DNA of 64,000 bases, taken from assembly GCA_002269645.1 (NCBI GenBank), contig NIVC01001463.1, positions 124,001 to 188,000 on the forward strand. Reading direction: 5' to 3'. This stretch comes from Macrostomum lignano. Lineage: Eukaryota. The notes under the pieces were generated by a model. It was not told the origin of the DNA and searched no databases. It saw nothing but the letters and a program-made list of their open reading frames with translations. Position numbers and translations under genes: made by a program. Every line of letters begins with the position of its first letter. Within the stretch, counting starts at the first letter, position 1. Below, in pieces: positions 13,441 to 27,195 of the stretch.

Positions 13441-16400
13441 TGGTGAGAGTCAGGAAGAGATCTGGTGAGAGTCAGGAAGAGTTCTGGAGAGAGTCAGGAA
13501 GAGATCTGGTGAGAGTCAGGAAGAGATCTGGTGAGAGTCAGGAAGAGATCTGGTGAGAGTCAGGAAGAGATCTGGAGAGAGTCAGGAAGAGATCTGGTGA
13601 GAGTCAGGAAGAGATCTGGAAAGAGTCAGAAAGAGATCTGGAAAGAGCCAGGAAGAGATCTGGAGAGTCAGGAGGAGAACTGGAGAGTCAGGAAGGGATT
13701 TGGAGACAGTCAGGAAGAGATCTGGAGACAGTCAGGAAGGGATCTGGAGAGAGTCAGGAAGGGATCTGGAGAGAGTCAGGAAGGGATCTGGAGAGAGTCA
13801 GGAAGGGATCTGGAGAGAGTCAGGAAGGGATCTGGAGAGAGTCAGGAAGAGATCTGGTGAGAGTCAGGAAGAGATCTGGAGAGAGTCAGGAAGAGATCTG
13901 GTGAGAGTCAGGAAGAGATCTGGTGAGAGCCAGGAAGAGATCTGGTGACAGTCAGGAAGAGATCTGGTGAGAGTCAGGAAGAGATCTGGTGAGAGTCAGG
14001 AATAGATCTTGTAATAGTCAGGAAGAGATCTGGTGAGAGTCAGGAAGAGATCTGGTGAGAATCAGGAATAGATCTTGTAATAGTCAGGAAGAGATCTGGT
14101 GACAGTCAGGAAGAGATCTGGTGAGAGTCAGGAAGAGATCTGGTGAGAGTCAGGAAGAGATCTGGTGAGAATCAGGAATAGATCTTGTAATAGTCAGGAA
14201 GAGATCTGGTGAGAATCAGGAATAGATCTTGTAATAGTCAGGAAGAGATCTGGTGACAGTCAGGAAGAGATCTGGTGAGAGTCAGGAAGAGTTCTGGAGA
14301 GAGTCAGGAAGAGATCTGGTGAGAGTCAGGAAGAGATCTGGTGAGAGTCAGGAAGAGATCTGGTGAGAGTCAGGAAGAGATCTGGAGAGAGTCAGGAAGA
14401 GATCTGGTGAGAGTCAGGAAGAGATCTGGAAAGAGTCAGAAAGAGATCTGGAAAGAGCCAGGAAGAGATCTGGAGAGTCAGGAGGAGAACTGGAGAGTCA
14501 GGAAGGGATTTGGAGACAGTCAGGAAGAGATCTGGAGACAGTCAGGAAGGGATCTGGAGAGAGTCAGGAAGGGATCTGGAGAGAGTCAGGAAGGGATCTG
14601 GAGAGAGTCAGGAAGGGATCTGGAGAGAGTCAGGAAGGGATCTGGAGAGAGTCAGGAAGAGATCTGGTGAGAGTCAGGAAGAGATCTGGAGAGAGTCAGG
14701 AAGAGATCTGGTGAGAGTCAGGAAGAGATCTGGTGAGAGCCAGGAAGAGATCTGGTGACAGTCAGGAAGAGATCTGGTGAGAGTCAGGAAGAGATCTGGT
14801 GAGAGTCAGGAATAGATCTTGTAATAGTCAGGAAGAGATCTGGTGAGAGTCAGGAAGAGATCTGGTGAGAATCAGGAATAGATCTTGTAATAGTCAGGAA
14901 GAGATCTGGTGACAGTCAGGAAGAGATCTGGTGAGAGTCAGGAAGAGATCTGGTGAGAGTCAGGAAGAGATCTGGTGAGAATCAGGAATAGATCTTGTAA
15001 TAGTCAGGAAGAGATCTTGTAATAGTCAGGAAGAGATCTGGTGAGAATCAGGAATAGATCTTGTAATAGTCAGGAAGAGATCTGGTGAGAATCAGGAATA
15101 GATCTTGTAATAGTCAGGAAGAGATCTGGTGAGAATCAGGAATAGATCTTGTAATAGTCAGGAAGAGATCTGGTGAGAATCAGGAATAGATCTTGTAATA
15201 GTCAGGAAGAGATCTGGTGACAGTCAGGAAGAGATCTGGTGAGAGTCAGGAAGAGATCTGGTGAGAGTCAGGAATAGATCTTGTAATAGTCAGGAAGAGA
15301 TCTGGTGAGAGTCAGGAAGAGATCTGGTGAGAATCAGGAATAGATCTTGTAATAGTCAGGAAGAGATCTGGTGAGAATCAGGAATAGATCTTGTAATAGT
15401 CAGGAAGAGATCTGGTGAGAATCAGGAATAGATCTTGTAATAGTCAGGAAGAGATCTGGTGACAGTCAGGAAGAGATCTGGTGAGAGTCAGGAAGAGATC
15501 TGGTGAGAGTCAGGAATAGATCTTGTAATAGTCAGGAAGAGATCTGGTGAGAGTCAGGAAGAGATCTGGTGAGAGTCAGGAATAGATCTTGTAATAGTCA
15601 GGAAGAGATCTGGTGAGAGTCAGGAAGAGATCTGGTGAGAATCAGGAATAGATCTTGTAATAGTCAGGAAGAGATCTGGTGACAGTCAGGAAGAGATCTG
15701 GTGAAAGCCAGGAAGAGATCTGGTAATAGTCAGGAAGAGATCTGGTGACAGTCAGGAAGAGATCTGGTGAGAGTCAGGAAGAGATCTGGTGAGAATCAGG
15801 AATAGATCTTGTAATAGTCAGGAAGAGATCTGGTGACAGTCAGGAAGAGATCTGGTGAGAGTCAGGAAGAGATCTGGTGAGAGTCAGGAAGAGATCTGGT
15901 GAGAATCAGGAATAGATCTTGTAATAGTCAGGAAGAGATCTGGTGAGAATCAGGAATAGATCTTGTAATAGTCAGGAAGAGATCTGGTGAGAATCAGGAA
16001 TAGATCTTGTAATAGTCAGGAAGAGATCTGGTGACAGTCAGGAAGAGATCTGGTGAGAGTCAGGAAGAGATCTGGTGAGAGTCAGGAATAGATCTTGTAA
16101 TAGTCAGGAAGAGATCTGGTGAGAGTCAGGAAGAGATCTGGTGAGAATCAGGAATAGATCTTGTAATAGTCAGGAAGAGATCTGGTGACAGTCAGGAAGA
16201 AATCTGGTGAAAGCCAGGAAGAGATCTGGTGAGAGTCAGGAATAGATCTTGTAATAGTCAGGAAGAGATCTGGTGAGAATCAGGAATAGATCTTGTAATA
16301 GTCAGGAAGAGATCTGGTGACAGTCAGGAAGAGATCTGGTGAGAGTCAGGAAGAGATCTGGTGAGAATCAGGAATAGATCTTGTAATAGTCAGGAAGAGA

Positions 16401-19255
16401 TCTGGTGACAGTCAGGAAGAGATCTGGTGAGAGTCAGGAAGAGATCTGTTGAGAGTCAGGAAGAGATCTGGTGAGAATCAGGAATAGATCTTGTAATAGT
16501 CAGGAAGAGATCTGGTGAGAATCAGGAATAGATCTTGTAATAGTCAGGAAGAGATCTGGTGAGAATCAGGAATAGATCTTGTAATAGTCAGGAAGAGATC
16601 TGGTGAGAATCAGGAATAGATCTTGTAATAGTCAGGAAGAGATCTGGTGACAGTCAGGAAGAGATCTGGTGAGAGTCAGGAAGAGATCTGGTGAGAGTCA
16701 GGAATAGATCTTGTAATAGTCAGGAAGAGATCTGGTGAGAGTCAGGAAGAGATCTGGTGAGAATCAGGAATAGATCTTGTAATAGTCAGGAAGAGATCTG
16801 GTGAGAGTCAGGAAGAGATCTGGTGAGAATCAGGAATAGATCTTGTAATAGTCAGGAAGAGATCTGGTGAGAATCAGGAATAGATCTTGTAATAGTCAGG
16901 AAGAGATCTGGTGAGAATCAGGAATAGATCTTGTAATAGTCAGGAAGAGATCTGGTGACAGTCAGGAAGAGATCTGGTGAGAGTCAGGAAGAGATCTGGT
17001 GAGAGTCAGGAATAGATCTTGTAATAGTCAGGAAGAGATCTGGTGAGAGTCAGGAAGAGATCTGGTGAGAATCAGGAATAGATCTTGTAATAGTCAGGAA
17101 GAGATCTGGTGACAGTCAGGAAGAGATCTGGTGAAAGCCAGGAAGAGATCTGGTGAGAGTCAGGAATAGATCTTGTAATAGTCAGGAAGAGATCTGGTGA
17201 GAATCAGGAATAGATCTTGTAATAGTCAGGAAGAGATCTGGTGACAGTCAGGAAGAGATCTGGTGAGAGTCAGGAAGAGATCTGTTGAGAGTCAGGAAGA
17301 GATCTGGTGAGAATCAGGAATAGATCTTGTAATAGTCAGGAAGAGATCTGGTGAGAATCAGGAATAGATCTTGTAATAGTCAGGAAGAGATCTGGTGAGA
17401 ATCAGGAATAGATCTTGTAATAGTCAGGAAGAGATCTGGTGAGAATCAGGAATAGATCTTGTAATAGTCAGGAAGAGATCTGGTGACAGTCAGGAAGAGA
17501 TCTGGTGAGAGTCAGGAAGAGATCTGGTGAGAGTCAGGAATAGATCTTGTAATAGTCAGGAAGAGATCTGGTGAGAGTCAGGAAGAGATCTGGTGAGAAT
17601 CAGGAATAGATCTTGTAATAGTCAGGAAGAGATCTGGTGAGAGTCAGGAAGAGATCTGGTGAGAATCAGGAATAGATCTTGTAATAGTCAGGAAGAGATC
17701 TGGTGAGAATCAGGAATAGATCTTGTAATAGTCAGGAAGAGATCTGGTGAGAATCAGGAATAGATCTTGTAATAGTCAGGAAGAGATCTGGTGACAGTCA
17801 GGAAGAGATCTGGTGAGAGTCAGGAAGAGATCTGGTGAGAGTCAGGAATAGATCTTGTAATAGTCAGGAAGAGATCTGGTGAGAGTCAGGAAGAGATCTG
17901 GTGAGAATCAGGAATAGATCTTGTAATAGTCAGGAAGAGATCTGGTGACAGTCAGGAAGAGATCTGGTGAAAGCCAGGAAGAGATCTGGTGAGAGTCAGG
18001 AATAGATCTTGTAATAGTCAGGAAGAGATCTGGTGAGAATCAGGAATAGATCTTGTAATAGTCAGGAAGAGATCTGGTGACAGTCAGGAAGAGATCTGGT
18101 GAGAGTCAGGAAGAGATCTGGTGAGAATCAGGAATAGATCTTGTAATAGTCAGGAAGAGATCTGGTGACAGTCAGGAAGAGATCTGGTGAGAGTCAGGAA
18201 GAGATCTGGTGAGAGTCAGGAAGAGATCTGGTGAGAATCAGGAATAGATCTTGTAATAGTCAGGAAGAGATCTGGTGAGAATCAGGAATAGATCTTGTAA
18301 TAGTCAGGAAGAGATCTGGTGAGAATCAGGAATAGATCTTGTAATAGTCAGGAAGAGATCTGGTGAGAATCAGGAATAGATCTTGTAATAGTCAGGAAGA
18401 GATCTGGTGACAGTCAGGAAGAGATCTGGTGAGAGTCAGGAAGAGATCTGGTGAGAGTCAGGAATAGATCTTGTAATAGTCAGGAAGAGATCTGGTGAGA
18501 GTCAGGAAGAGATCTGGTGAGAATCAGGAATAGATCTTGTAATAGTCAGGAAGAGATCTGGTGAGAGTCAGGAAGAGATCTGGTGAGAATCAGGAATAGA
18601 TCTTGTAATAGTCAGGAAGAGATCTGGTGAGAATCAGGAATAGATCTTGTAATAGTCAGGAAGAGATCTGGTGAGAATCAGGAATAGATCTTGTAATAGT
18701 CAGGAAGAGATCTGGTGACAGTCAGGAAGAGATCTGGTGAGAGTCAGGAAGAGATCTGGTGAGAGTCAGGAATAGATCTTGTAATAGTCAGGAAGAGATC
18801 TGGTGAGAGTCAGGAAGAGATCTGGTGAGAATCAGGAATAGATCTTGTAATAGTCAGGAAGAGATCTGGTGACAGTCAGGAAGAGATCTGGTGAAAGCCA
18901 GGAAGAGATCTGGTAATAGTCAGGAAGAGATCTGGTGACAGTCAGGAAGAGATCTGGTGAAAGCCAGGAAGAGATCTGGTAATAGTCAGGAAGAGATCTG
19001 GTGACAGTCAGGAAGACATCTGGTGAGAATCAGGAATAGATCTTGTAATAGTCAGGAAGAGATCTGGTGACAGTCAGGAAGAGATCTGGTGAAAGCCAGG
19101 AAGAGATCTGGTAATAGTCAGGAAGAGATCTGGTGACAGTCAGGAAGACATCTGGTGACAGTCAGGAAGGGATCTGGAGAGAGTCAGGAAGGGATCTGAA
19201 GACGGTCAGGAAGAGATCTGGAGAGAGTCAGGAGGAGAACTGGAGAGTCAGGAAT
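13441..19255. repeat. 5.8-kb satellite of 22-bp monomers (GTCAGGAAGAGATCTGGTGAGA and variant ATCAGGAATAGATCTTGTAATA) with higher-order repeats
   Basis: Monomers directly visible. An 810-bp block duplication (13481 vs 14291) and marker spacings of 836 and 924 bp (38 and 42 monomers). Confidence 0.97.
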
Positions 19256-20479
19256 AAATTCGGAGAATCGGGAATCACAAATAAATTCGAACAGAGTCAG
19301 AAATAGGGGGGGGAATCAGAATGAGCTGATAGATTTCAGAAAGAGATAAGGCAGAGCGGGATCAGGTTGCCAGGCGCCCAGTTGCTCAGTTTTCAAATAA
19401 AATTAGAAAAGGTCGCAGGCCGCAACAGTCTTTGTTGCGCTAAGCAAATTAGGATTCAAATGATTAAACAAGAAATTTTGCTCGCTGCGTTGCATAGAAA
19501 ATCAGATTGTGAAGCCAGGATTGAGTTTTTGCTCAAGGCCGCGACCTTAACCTCCAGTTAAAGTGGGGTCAATTTTATTGCCACCGCAGCTCAACACTAC
19601 TACATTAGCCGGAGCGTGCGGCACACGTGAAATTACAGATTAGAACTCAATGCTGATGGTGGCATTGTAAATCATGGGTCGTAAATCAGTCGGTTCCACG
19701 CGCCGTATTATTGAGCAGCAAACGCTGCGGGTTCGGGGCCCCGGGTTAGGCCACCATTTTTTCTATTAGCCAGGGGAAACTCAATGGGAAAGCTGTTGGG
19801 GGGATTTCTGCTGGTACCTGGTGAGTCCTGGAGCTGCCACAGATGGCCTATCAACAATAATGCAGCAAGGAGACTGACTGATGGTGCAATAGAAGCTGGA
19901 GTAAACCACTCTTCGATGGCAAAAGAACTCACTCTTTTTCAGAAATTTTAAAGCAATTTTTTTGATTTCAGGCGCAAATACCACGAGAAAATGTATAAAA
20001 CTAAACGTTGCGTGCAAAGTGAACAACTGCAGTCAACTCCAAAGTTGTGGTTTTTTAGGCCTCCTTGGGCTGAAACTTTGCATGCGGGCTTTTGAAGCCC
20101 TCATTTCCTATAAAAACTGATCGACTGGCGTTTTTATTCAACTACCCCGAGGGAATGGGGATTGCGGAGGGCAGGCCTGTGTGTGCGGTAAAGTAGCCGT
20201 TTAATTGCTGGTTTGCGGGAGAGGCTCTGCTCTGCATAATTTTATTAATTAATTTTAGGGCACTCGGTCACGATCATGATTCATGACAAATGCGATTGAG
20301 CATCTTGGATACGGCAGTATAAGGATTACTCGCGTTAACTCCTCAAAACCGTACTCATCATTGTTATCATTAAGAGTTTTTTAGAAACCGGATGCAGTTT
20401 AAAATACTGATTTACTTATTGTAGAAACTACAAACCAGACTAAGGTTGAAAGCTTGAAATCACCAGTTTTCTTAGAAAC

Positions 20480-20880
20480 AAGATTCAACTTGGAGTCATT
20501 AGTTTTCTTAGAATATAAACCAGATCCAACTTCGAATTTCTTAGAAACAAGGTGAATCTTAGAAGCAAGGTGAATCTTGCATTTAAAGCAAGATTCACCT
20601 TTCAATCCTGAGTTTTCTTAGAAACAAGATTCAACTTCGAATCCTGAGTTTTCTTAGAAACAAGATTCAACTTCGAATCCTGAGTTTTCTTAGAAACAAG
20701 ATTCAACTTCGAATCCTGAGTTTTCTTAGAAACAAGATTCAACTTCGAATCCTGAGTTTTCTTAGAAACAAGATTCAACTTCGAATCCTGAGTTTTCTTA
20801 GAAACAAGATTCAACTTCGAATCCTGAGTTTTCTTAGAAACAAGATTCAACTTCGAATCCTGAGTTTTCTTAGAAACCAC
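20480..20880. repeat. 36-bp minisatellite (TTTTCTTAGAAACAAGATTCAACTTCGAATCCTGAG)
   Basis: About 7-8 near-perfect copies plus degenerate flanks. Confidence 0.93.
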
Positions 20881-21769
20881 ATAAAGCTTGAAATCTTGGA
20901 CTTTCTTAGAAACCCGATCCAACAGCTGGAAGTCTCGTATCCCGAATCAAGCGATTAAACTTGGCCTCGAAATCCCAAAATTCCTCATCTGAAATCTCAG
21001 ACTTGAATTTTTTAGTCTTCCAGACGCCTGGACCCACGAGTACACTATTCAGTTAGCACATAGACTCATATAGACTCAGAGTGAAATAGAAAAACGAGTG
21101 CCTTAACTCAAGGCCTCTCAAAATCGAACAATTCTGTGACTCATCTCGGGGGGAAAGCGGTGGACTGAGCAGGAGGGAGCATTGTTACTTATTGTATAAT
21201 ACGCATACTATATAATATTACTAAGCTGCCTGGCTGTGTCAAACGCAGGAGGCGGGAGGCGGAACGGGCTGCAGGAGCAGTGAATAATAGGAAAAGGGGG
21301 GCTTAGTGCAAGGGCAGGGGCAATATGAGGGCAGAGGCTTCGGGGCTTTGCTGATTGTGTGAGTGAGGGGGGGGGCTGAAGCGATGACGCCTGATGCTAT
21401 TTTTAGACAGTGACCTCATGCGGACTTGGAAAATTTTTGCTGACTCGGCTTAAGGGGGGGTGGTGGGTGCCGCGAGGAGGTGGGGGGGCGGCCGGCTTAA
21501 CGCGGCCTGATTATTAATGCATGAATTTGATGCCCCCCCCCCAACGAAACCAAATTTCAGCATTGGCTGCTGTCGATTTGCTGCCGCGCAAAACTACTGG
21601 GATTGCTGCATGGTGCTACTGATAGTAGCATGGGTAGCTTATTGTAGTCGATTTCTTTAGAATTGAAAAAAACAGCAGATAATAATAATTTTGGTACATT
21701 CTGTTTGAATTGTCTTTCACTCATTTTCCGTGCGAAATGTGCGGTCATTTGCTCATCATTCCCCATGGA

Positions 21770-22915
21770 TTGTCGGTTATTCACTCATTATTCCCCGTGA
21801 ATTGTCGGTTATTCACTCATTATTCCCCGTGAATTGTCGGTTATTCACTCATTATTCCCCGTGAATTGTCGGTTATTCACTCATTATTCCCCGTGAATTG
21901 TCGGTTATTCACTCATTATTCCCCGTGAATTGTCGGTTATTCACTCATTATTCCCCGTGAATTGTCGGTTATTCACTCATTATTACCCGTGAATTGTCGG
22001 TTATTCACTCATTATTCCTCGTGAATTGTCGGTTATTCACTCATTATTCCCCGTGAATTGTCGGTTATTCACTCATTATTCCCCGTGAATTGTCGGTTAT
22101 TCACTCATTATTCCCCGTGAATTGTCGGTTATTCACTCATTATTCCCCGTGAATTGTCGGTTATTCACTCATTATTCCCCGTGAATTGTCGGTTATTCAC
22201 TCATTATTCCCCGTGAATTGTCGGTTATTCACTCATTATTACCCGTGAATTGTCGGTTATTCACTCATTATTCCCCGTGAATTGTCGGTTATTCACTCAT
22301 TATTCCCCGTGAATTGTCGGTTATTCACTCATTATTCCCCGTGAATTGTCGGTTATTCACTCATTATTCCCCGTGAATTGTCGGTTATTCACTCATTATT
22401 ACCCGTGAATTGTCGGTTATTCACTCATTATTCCCGTGAATTGTCGGTTATTCACTCATTATTCCCCGTGAATTGTCGGTTATTCACTCATTATTCCCCG
22501 TGAATTGTCGGTTATTCACTCATTATTCCCCGTGAATTGTCGGTTATTCACTCATTATTACCCGTGAATTGTCGGTTATTCACTCATTATTACCCGTGAA
22601 TTGTCGGTTATTCACTCATTTTTCCCCATGAATAGTCGGTTATTCACTCATTTTCCCCATGAATAGTCGGTTATTCACTCATTTTCCCCATGAATAGTCG
22701 GTTATTCACTCATTTTCCCCATGAATAGTCGGTTATTCACTCATTTTCCCCATGAATAGTCGGTTATTCACTCATTTTCCCCATGAATAGTCGGTTATTC
22801 ACTCATTTTCCCCATGAATAGTCGGTTATTCACTCATTTTCCCCATGAATAGTCGGTTATTCACTCATTTTCCCCATGAATAGTCGGTTATTCACTCATT
22901 TTCCCCGTAAATTGT
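21770..22915. repeat. 32/31-bp minisatellite with an internal hairpin (GTGAATTGTCGGTTATTCACTCATTATTCCCC)
   Basis: About 35 tandem copies with no spacers; variant switch at about 22620. Confidence 0.96.
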
Positions 22916-23044
22916 GGGTCTTTCACTCATTTTCCTCGTGAATTGTGAGTCATTCACTCATTTTTCCCCGTAAATTGTGGGTGCTTCACTCATTTTTCCC
23001 TGTGAATTGTGGATCATTCACTCATTATTCCCGTGAAATGTGGG

Positions 23045-23365
23045 GTCATTCAGAGCGACAGAGTACCACAGGCTTCAACGCGCCCGACTCAACGTCCAAG
23101 TTCCTGGGTTCAGTCACATTAATTTGAGTTTCGTGCTCGGGAAAGTTTTGCTTGGGGCTGGTCGTACGATCCACACCCGTGAAGGCCAGCCAACCAGGGC
23201 ACAGAGAGTGTGCATGCTTGATGATTAGAAAGCCTGGGCCGCTGTACACCTTGTGTGAGCGTGTGCCTGCTCAGGGCCAGCGGAACGGGCCTGACTGCTG
23301 GGCTCCTCGCTGGCTGCGGGCCAATCGTCGCCTTTGAGCGGCAGTGCAGCGCTCAAAGCCCCTTT
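23045..23365 (+). mobile_element. SINE copy 2 (diverged)
   Basis: GATTAGAAAGCCTGGGCCGCTGTACACCTTGTGTGAGCG (about 23223-23261) and downstream CAGCGGAACGGGC match copies 1 and 3. Confidence 0.65.
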
Positions 23366-23799
23366 GAGTTTTCTTTGAGTCAATAAAATTGTTGAATGAC
23401 TCCCGATTTCTCATTCTGAATGCACTAATACTAAACTTTTGTAAATCAAAGCAGCTTAAGCAGCTTAGGCAGCTTCTAAGCTTGCTACTTTCAGTAGCTA
23501 ATTTCAAAAAAAAGTTACAAAATCTGTAACAGAGGAATACCCTAGTTATCGGAATTGAAGCTTTCTAACTTAAAAAAATGTTTCTGCCAGGAGTAATAAA
23601 TCTCACTGTTTGAGAAAAAACTAGTGAAACATCCGATAGTGCTTTTGCTTGTGTTGGGTTGGAGATTTATCTAGGCCTGAGATTGGATGTCTAGGTAGGA
23701 GAGAGATTGGGGATCTGAGAAATAGTTTAGGGTGAGACTAGGTAAGACAAGTCGGAGTGACATTAGGGCTATGAGTGAGATTGGAGATCTAATATTGAG

Positions 23800-25075
23800 C
23801 TTAGGGGTCTATAAGTGAGATTGGGGATGTTAGAGTGATATTGGGATCTCAGGGTGAGATTGGGATCTCAGGGTGAGATTGGGGATCTCAGAGTGAGATT
23901 AGAGATCTCAGGGTGAGATTGGGATCTCAGAGTGAGATTGGGGATCTCAGAGTGAGATTGGAGATATCAGAGTGAGATTGGGGATCTCAGAATTATATTG
24001 GGGATCTCAGGGTGAGATTTGGGATCTCAGATTGAGATTGGGATCTCAGAGTGAGATTTTGAATCTTAGAGTGATATTGGGGATCCCAGAGTGAGATTGG
24101 GGATCCCAGAGTGAGATTGGGGATCTCAAGTGCGATTGGGTATCTCAAAGTGAGATCAGGGACCTTAGAGTGAGATTGGGGATCTCAAAGTGAGATCGGG
24201 GACCTCAAAGTGAGATTGGAGATCTCAAAGTGAGATCGGGGACCTCAGAGTGAGATTGGGGATCTCAAAGTGAGATTGGAGATCCCAGAGTGAGATTGGG
24301 GATCTAAAAGTGAGATTGGAGATCCCAGAGTGAGATTGGGGATCTCAAAGGGAGATTGGAGATTTCAGAGTGAGATTGGGGATCTCAAAGTGAGATTGGG
24401 GATCTCAGAGTGAGACTGGGGATCTCAGAGTGAGATCGGGGACCTCAGAGTGAGATTGGGGATCTCAGGGTGATATTGGAGATCTAATATTGAGCTTAGG
24501 GGTCTATAAGTGAGATTGGGAATCTCAGAGTGAGATTGGCAATCTCAGAGTGAGATTGGAGATCTCAAAGTGAGATCGGGGACCTCAGAGTGATATTGGG
24601 GATCCCAGAGTGAGATTGGGGATCCCAGAGTGAGATTGGGGATCTCAAAGTGAGATCGGGGACCTCAGAGTGAGATTGGGATCTCAAAGTGCGATTATCT
24701 CAAAGTGAGATCTGGGACCTTAGAGTGAGATTGGGGATCTCAAAGTGAGATCGGGGACCTCAGAGTGAGATTGGAGATCTCAAAGTGAGATCAGGGACCT
24801 CAGAGTGAGATTGGGGATCTCAGAGTGAGATCGGGGATCTCAAAGTGAGATTGGAGATCTCAGAAGAGTGAGATGGGGATCTCAAAGTAAGATCGGGGAC
24901 CTCAGAGTGAGATTGGGGATCTCAAAGTGAGATTGGGGATCTCAGAGTGAGACTGGGGATCTCAAAGTGAGATTGGAGATCTCAGAGTGAGATTGGGGAT
25001 CTCAAAGTGAGATTGGGGACCTCAGAGTGAGATTGGGGACCTCAAAGTGAGATTGGGGATCTCAGAGTGAGACTG
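23800..25075. repeat. About 20-bp minisatellite (GAGTGAGATTGGGGATCTCA)
   Basis: About 60 degenerate copies. Confidence 0.93.
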
Positions 25076-25844
25076 GGGCGAGATGTAGGAACGAGATTTG
25101 AGGGAGAATACGAGAGAAAAACGGGTGAGAGAGGAAGAGAAAGAGGGAGCGAAGGTCAGACCGGGAGAGAGAATGAAACTTAAGATCCCATCCAACTGAC
25201 TGAATTTCGATCCAATAATGTCAAATAATGTCAAATTCGCTCATAAGCTCACAAGGAGAGCTGAAAGTGCAGCTAAAATTAACACGCAGTGTACTTACAT
25301 GCGTTGTCCATGTCCTATTTAGACCAACTGCAGTGTCTGCACTCAGTTCGCAGACATAGACTATCGCAGACATTTTGCTCAAACTTCGAGTTTCGAATAA
25401 CGCAAATCTAAACATTTGCGAATAGAAGTAACAGCACTCCGACAAAGACTGAAAAGTCACAAAGACCTGGCGCTGTGCTGGTTGGCGTTAGACAAAGAAA
25501 TCTGAGTCTTTGTAACCAGCTGTTCTTTCTTTTAGCTCAGTCTTTTTCTTTCTCTCTCTCAAGCGGCTCAGTTCGGTTCTCGCTGCCTGCTTTCCCGCCG
25601 GCCTTCCTAAATACTGTATTGGCAGGGCCGGAGGTGAGGCGGGTTTGGCCTAGTTTGGCCAAGGAGATCGTGAACTAGAGTCTGGATTGCCAACTGTTCC
25701 CAACGGAACCTCCTTTTCAGACACACGGCAGTGACAAATGCTTAGAGCTGATGGCAAATGCTGGACTTTTTAGTGTAACTGGAGGGCAACAACCCCAGTT
25801 ACCCCCAAAGGGGGCCGCAACCCCCAAGGCTCTTGTTGAGTGGG

Positions 25845-27195
25845 CGCCCCTGTCTCTTGGTGGGCGCCCCTGTCTCTTGGTGGGCGTCCCTGTCTCTTGG
25901 TGGGCGCCACTGTCTCTTGCTGGACACCACTGTCTCTTGGTGGGCGTCCCTGTCTCTTGGTGGGCGCCACTGTCTCTTGGTGGGCGCCCCTGTCTCTTGG
26001 TGGACGCCCCTGTCTCTTGGTGGACGCCCCTGTCTCTTGGTGGACGCCCCTGTCTCTTGGTGGACGCCCCTGTCTCTTGGTGGGCGCCAATGTCTCTTGG
26101 TGGGTACGCCACTGTTTCTTGGTGGACGCCACTGTCTCTTGGTGGGCGCCCCTGTCTCTTGGTGGACGCCCCTGTCTCTTGGTGGACGCCCCTGTCTCTT
26201 GGTGGACGCCCCTGCCTCTTGGTGGACGCCCCTGTCTCTTGGTGGACGCCACTGTCTCTTGGTGGACGCCCCTGTCTCTTGGTGGACGCCCCTGTCTCTT
26301 GGTGGACGCCCCTGTCTCTTGGTGGACGCCCCTGTCTCTTGGTGGACGCCCCTGTCTCTTGGTGGACGCCCCTGTCTCTTGGTGGACGCCCCTGTCTCTT
26401 GGTGGACGCCCCTGTCTCTTGGTGGACGCCCCTGTCTCTTGGTGGACGCCCCTGCCTCTTGGTGGACGCCCCTGTCTCTTGGTGGACGCCCCTGCCTCTT
26501 GGTGGACGCCCCTGTCTCTTGGTGGACGCCCCTGTCTCTTGGTGGACGCCCCTGTCTCTTGGTGGACGCCCCTGTCTCTTGGTGGACGCCCCTGTCTCTT
26601 GGTGGACGCCCCTGTCTCTTGGTGGACGCCCCTGTCTCTTGGTGGACGCCCCTGTCTCTTGGTGGACGCCCCTGTCTCTTGGTGGACGCCCCTGCCTCTT
26701 GGTGGACGCCCCTGTCTCTTGGTGGACGCCCCTGCCTCTTGGTGGACGCCCCTGTCTCTTGGTGGACGCCCCTGTCTCTTGGTGGACGCCCCTGTCTCTT
26801 GGTGGACGCCCCTGTCTCTTGGTGGACGCCCCTGTCTCTTGGTGGACGCCCCTGTCTCTTGGTGGACGCCCCTGTCTCTTGGTGGACGCCCCTGTCTCTT
26901 GGTGGACGCCCCTGTCTCTTGGTGGACGCCCCTGTCTCTTGGTGGACGCCCCTGTCTCTTGGTGGGCGCCAATGTCTCTTGGTGGGTACGCCACTGTCTC
27001 TTGGTGAGCGCCAATGTCTCTTGGTGAGCGCCAATGTCTCTTGGTGGGTACGCCACTGTCTCTTGGTGAGCGCCAATGTCTCTTGGTGGACGCCACTGTC
27101 TCTTGGTGGGCGCCACTGTCTCTTGGTGGGCGCCACTGTCTCTTGGTGGGCGCCACTGTCTCTTGGTGAGCGCCCCTGTCTCTTGGTGGACGCCA
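25845..27195. repeat. 20-bp minisatellite (CCTGTCTCTTGGTGGACGCC)
   Basis: About 67 copies. ORFs in all six frames are translations of the repeat. Confidence 0.96.

Noticed and set aside
21770-22915. CRISPR-like palindromic 32-bp repeats
   Set aside because: Head-to-tail repeats with no unique spacers, no cas genes, and a eukaryotic context.
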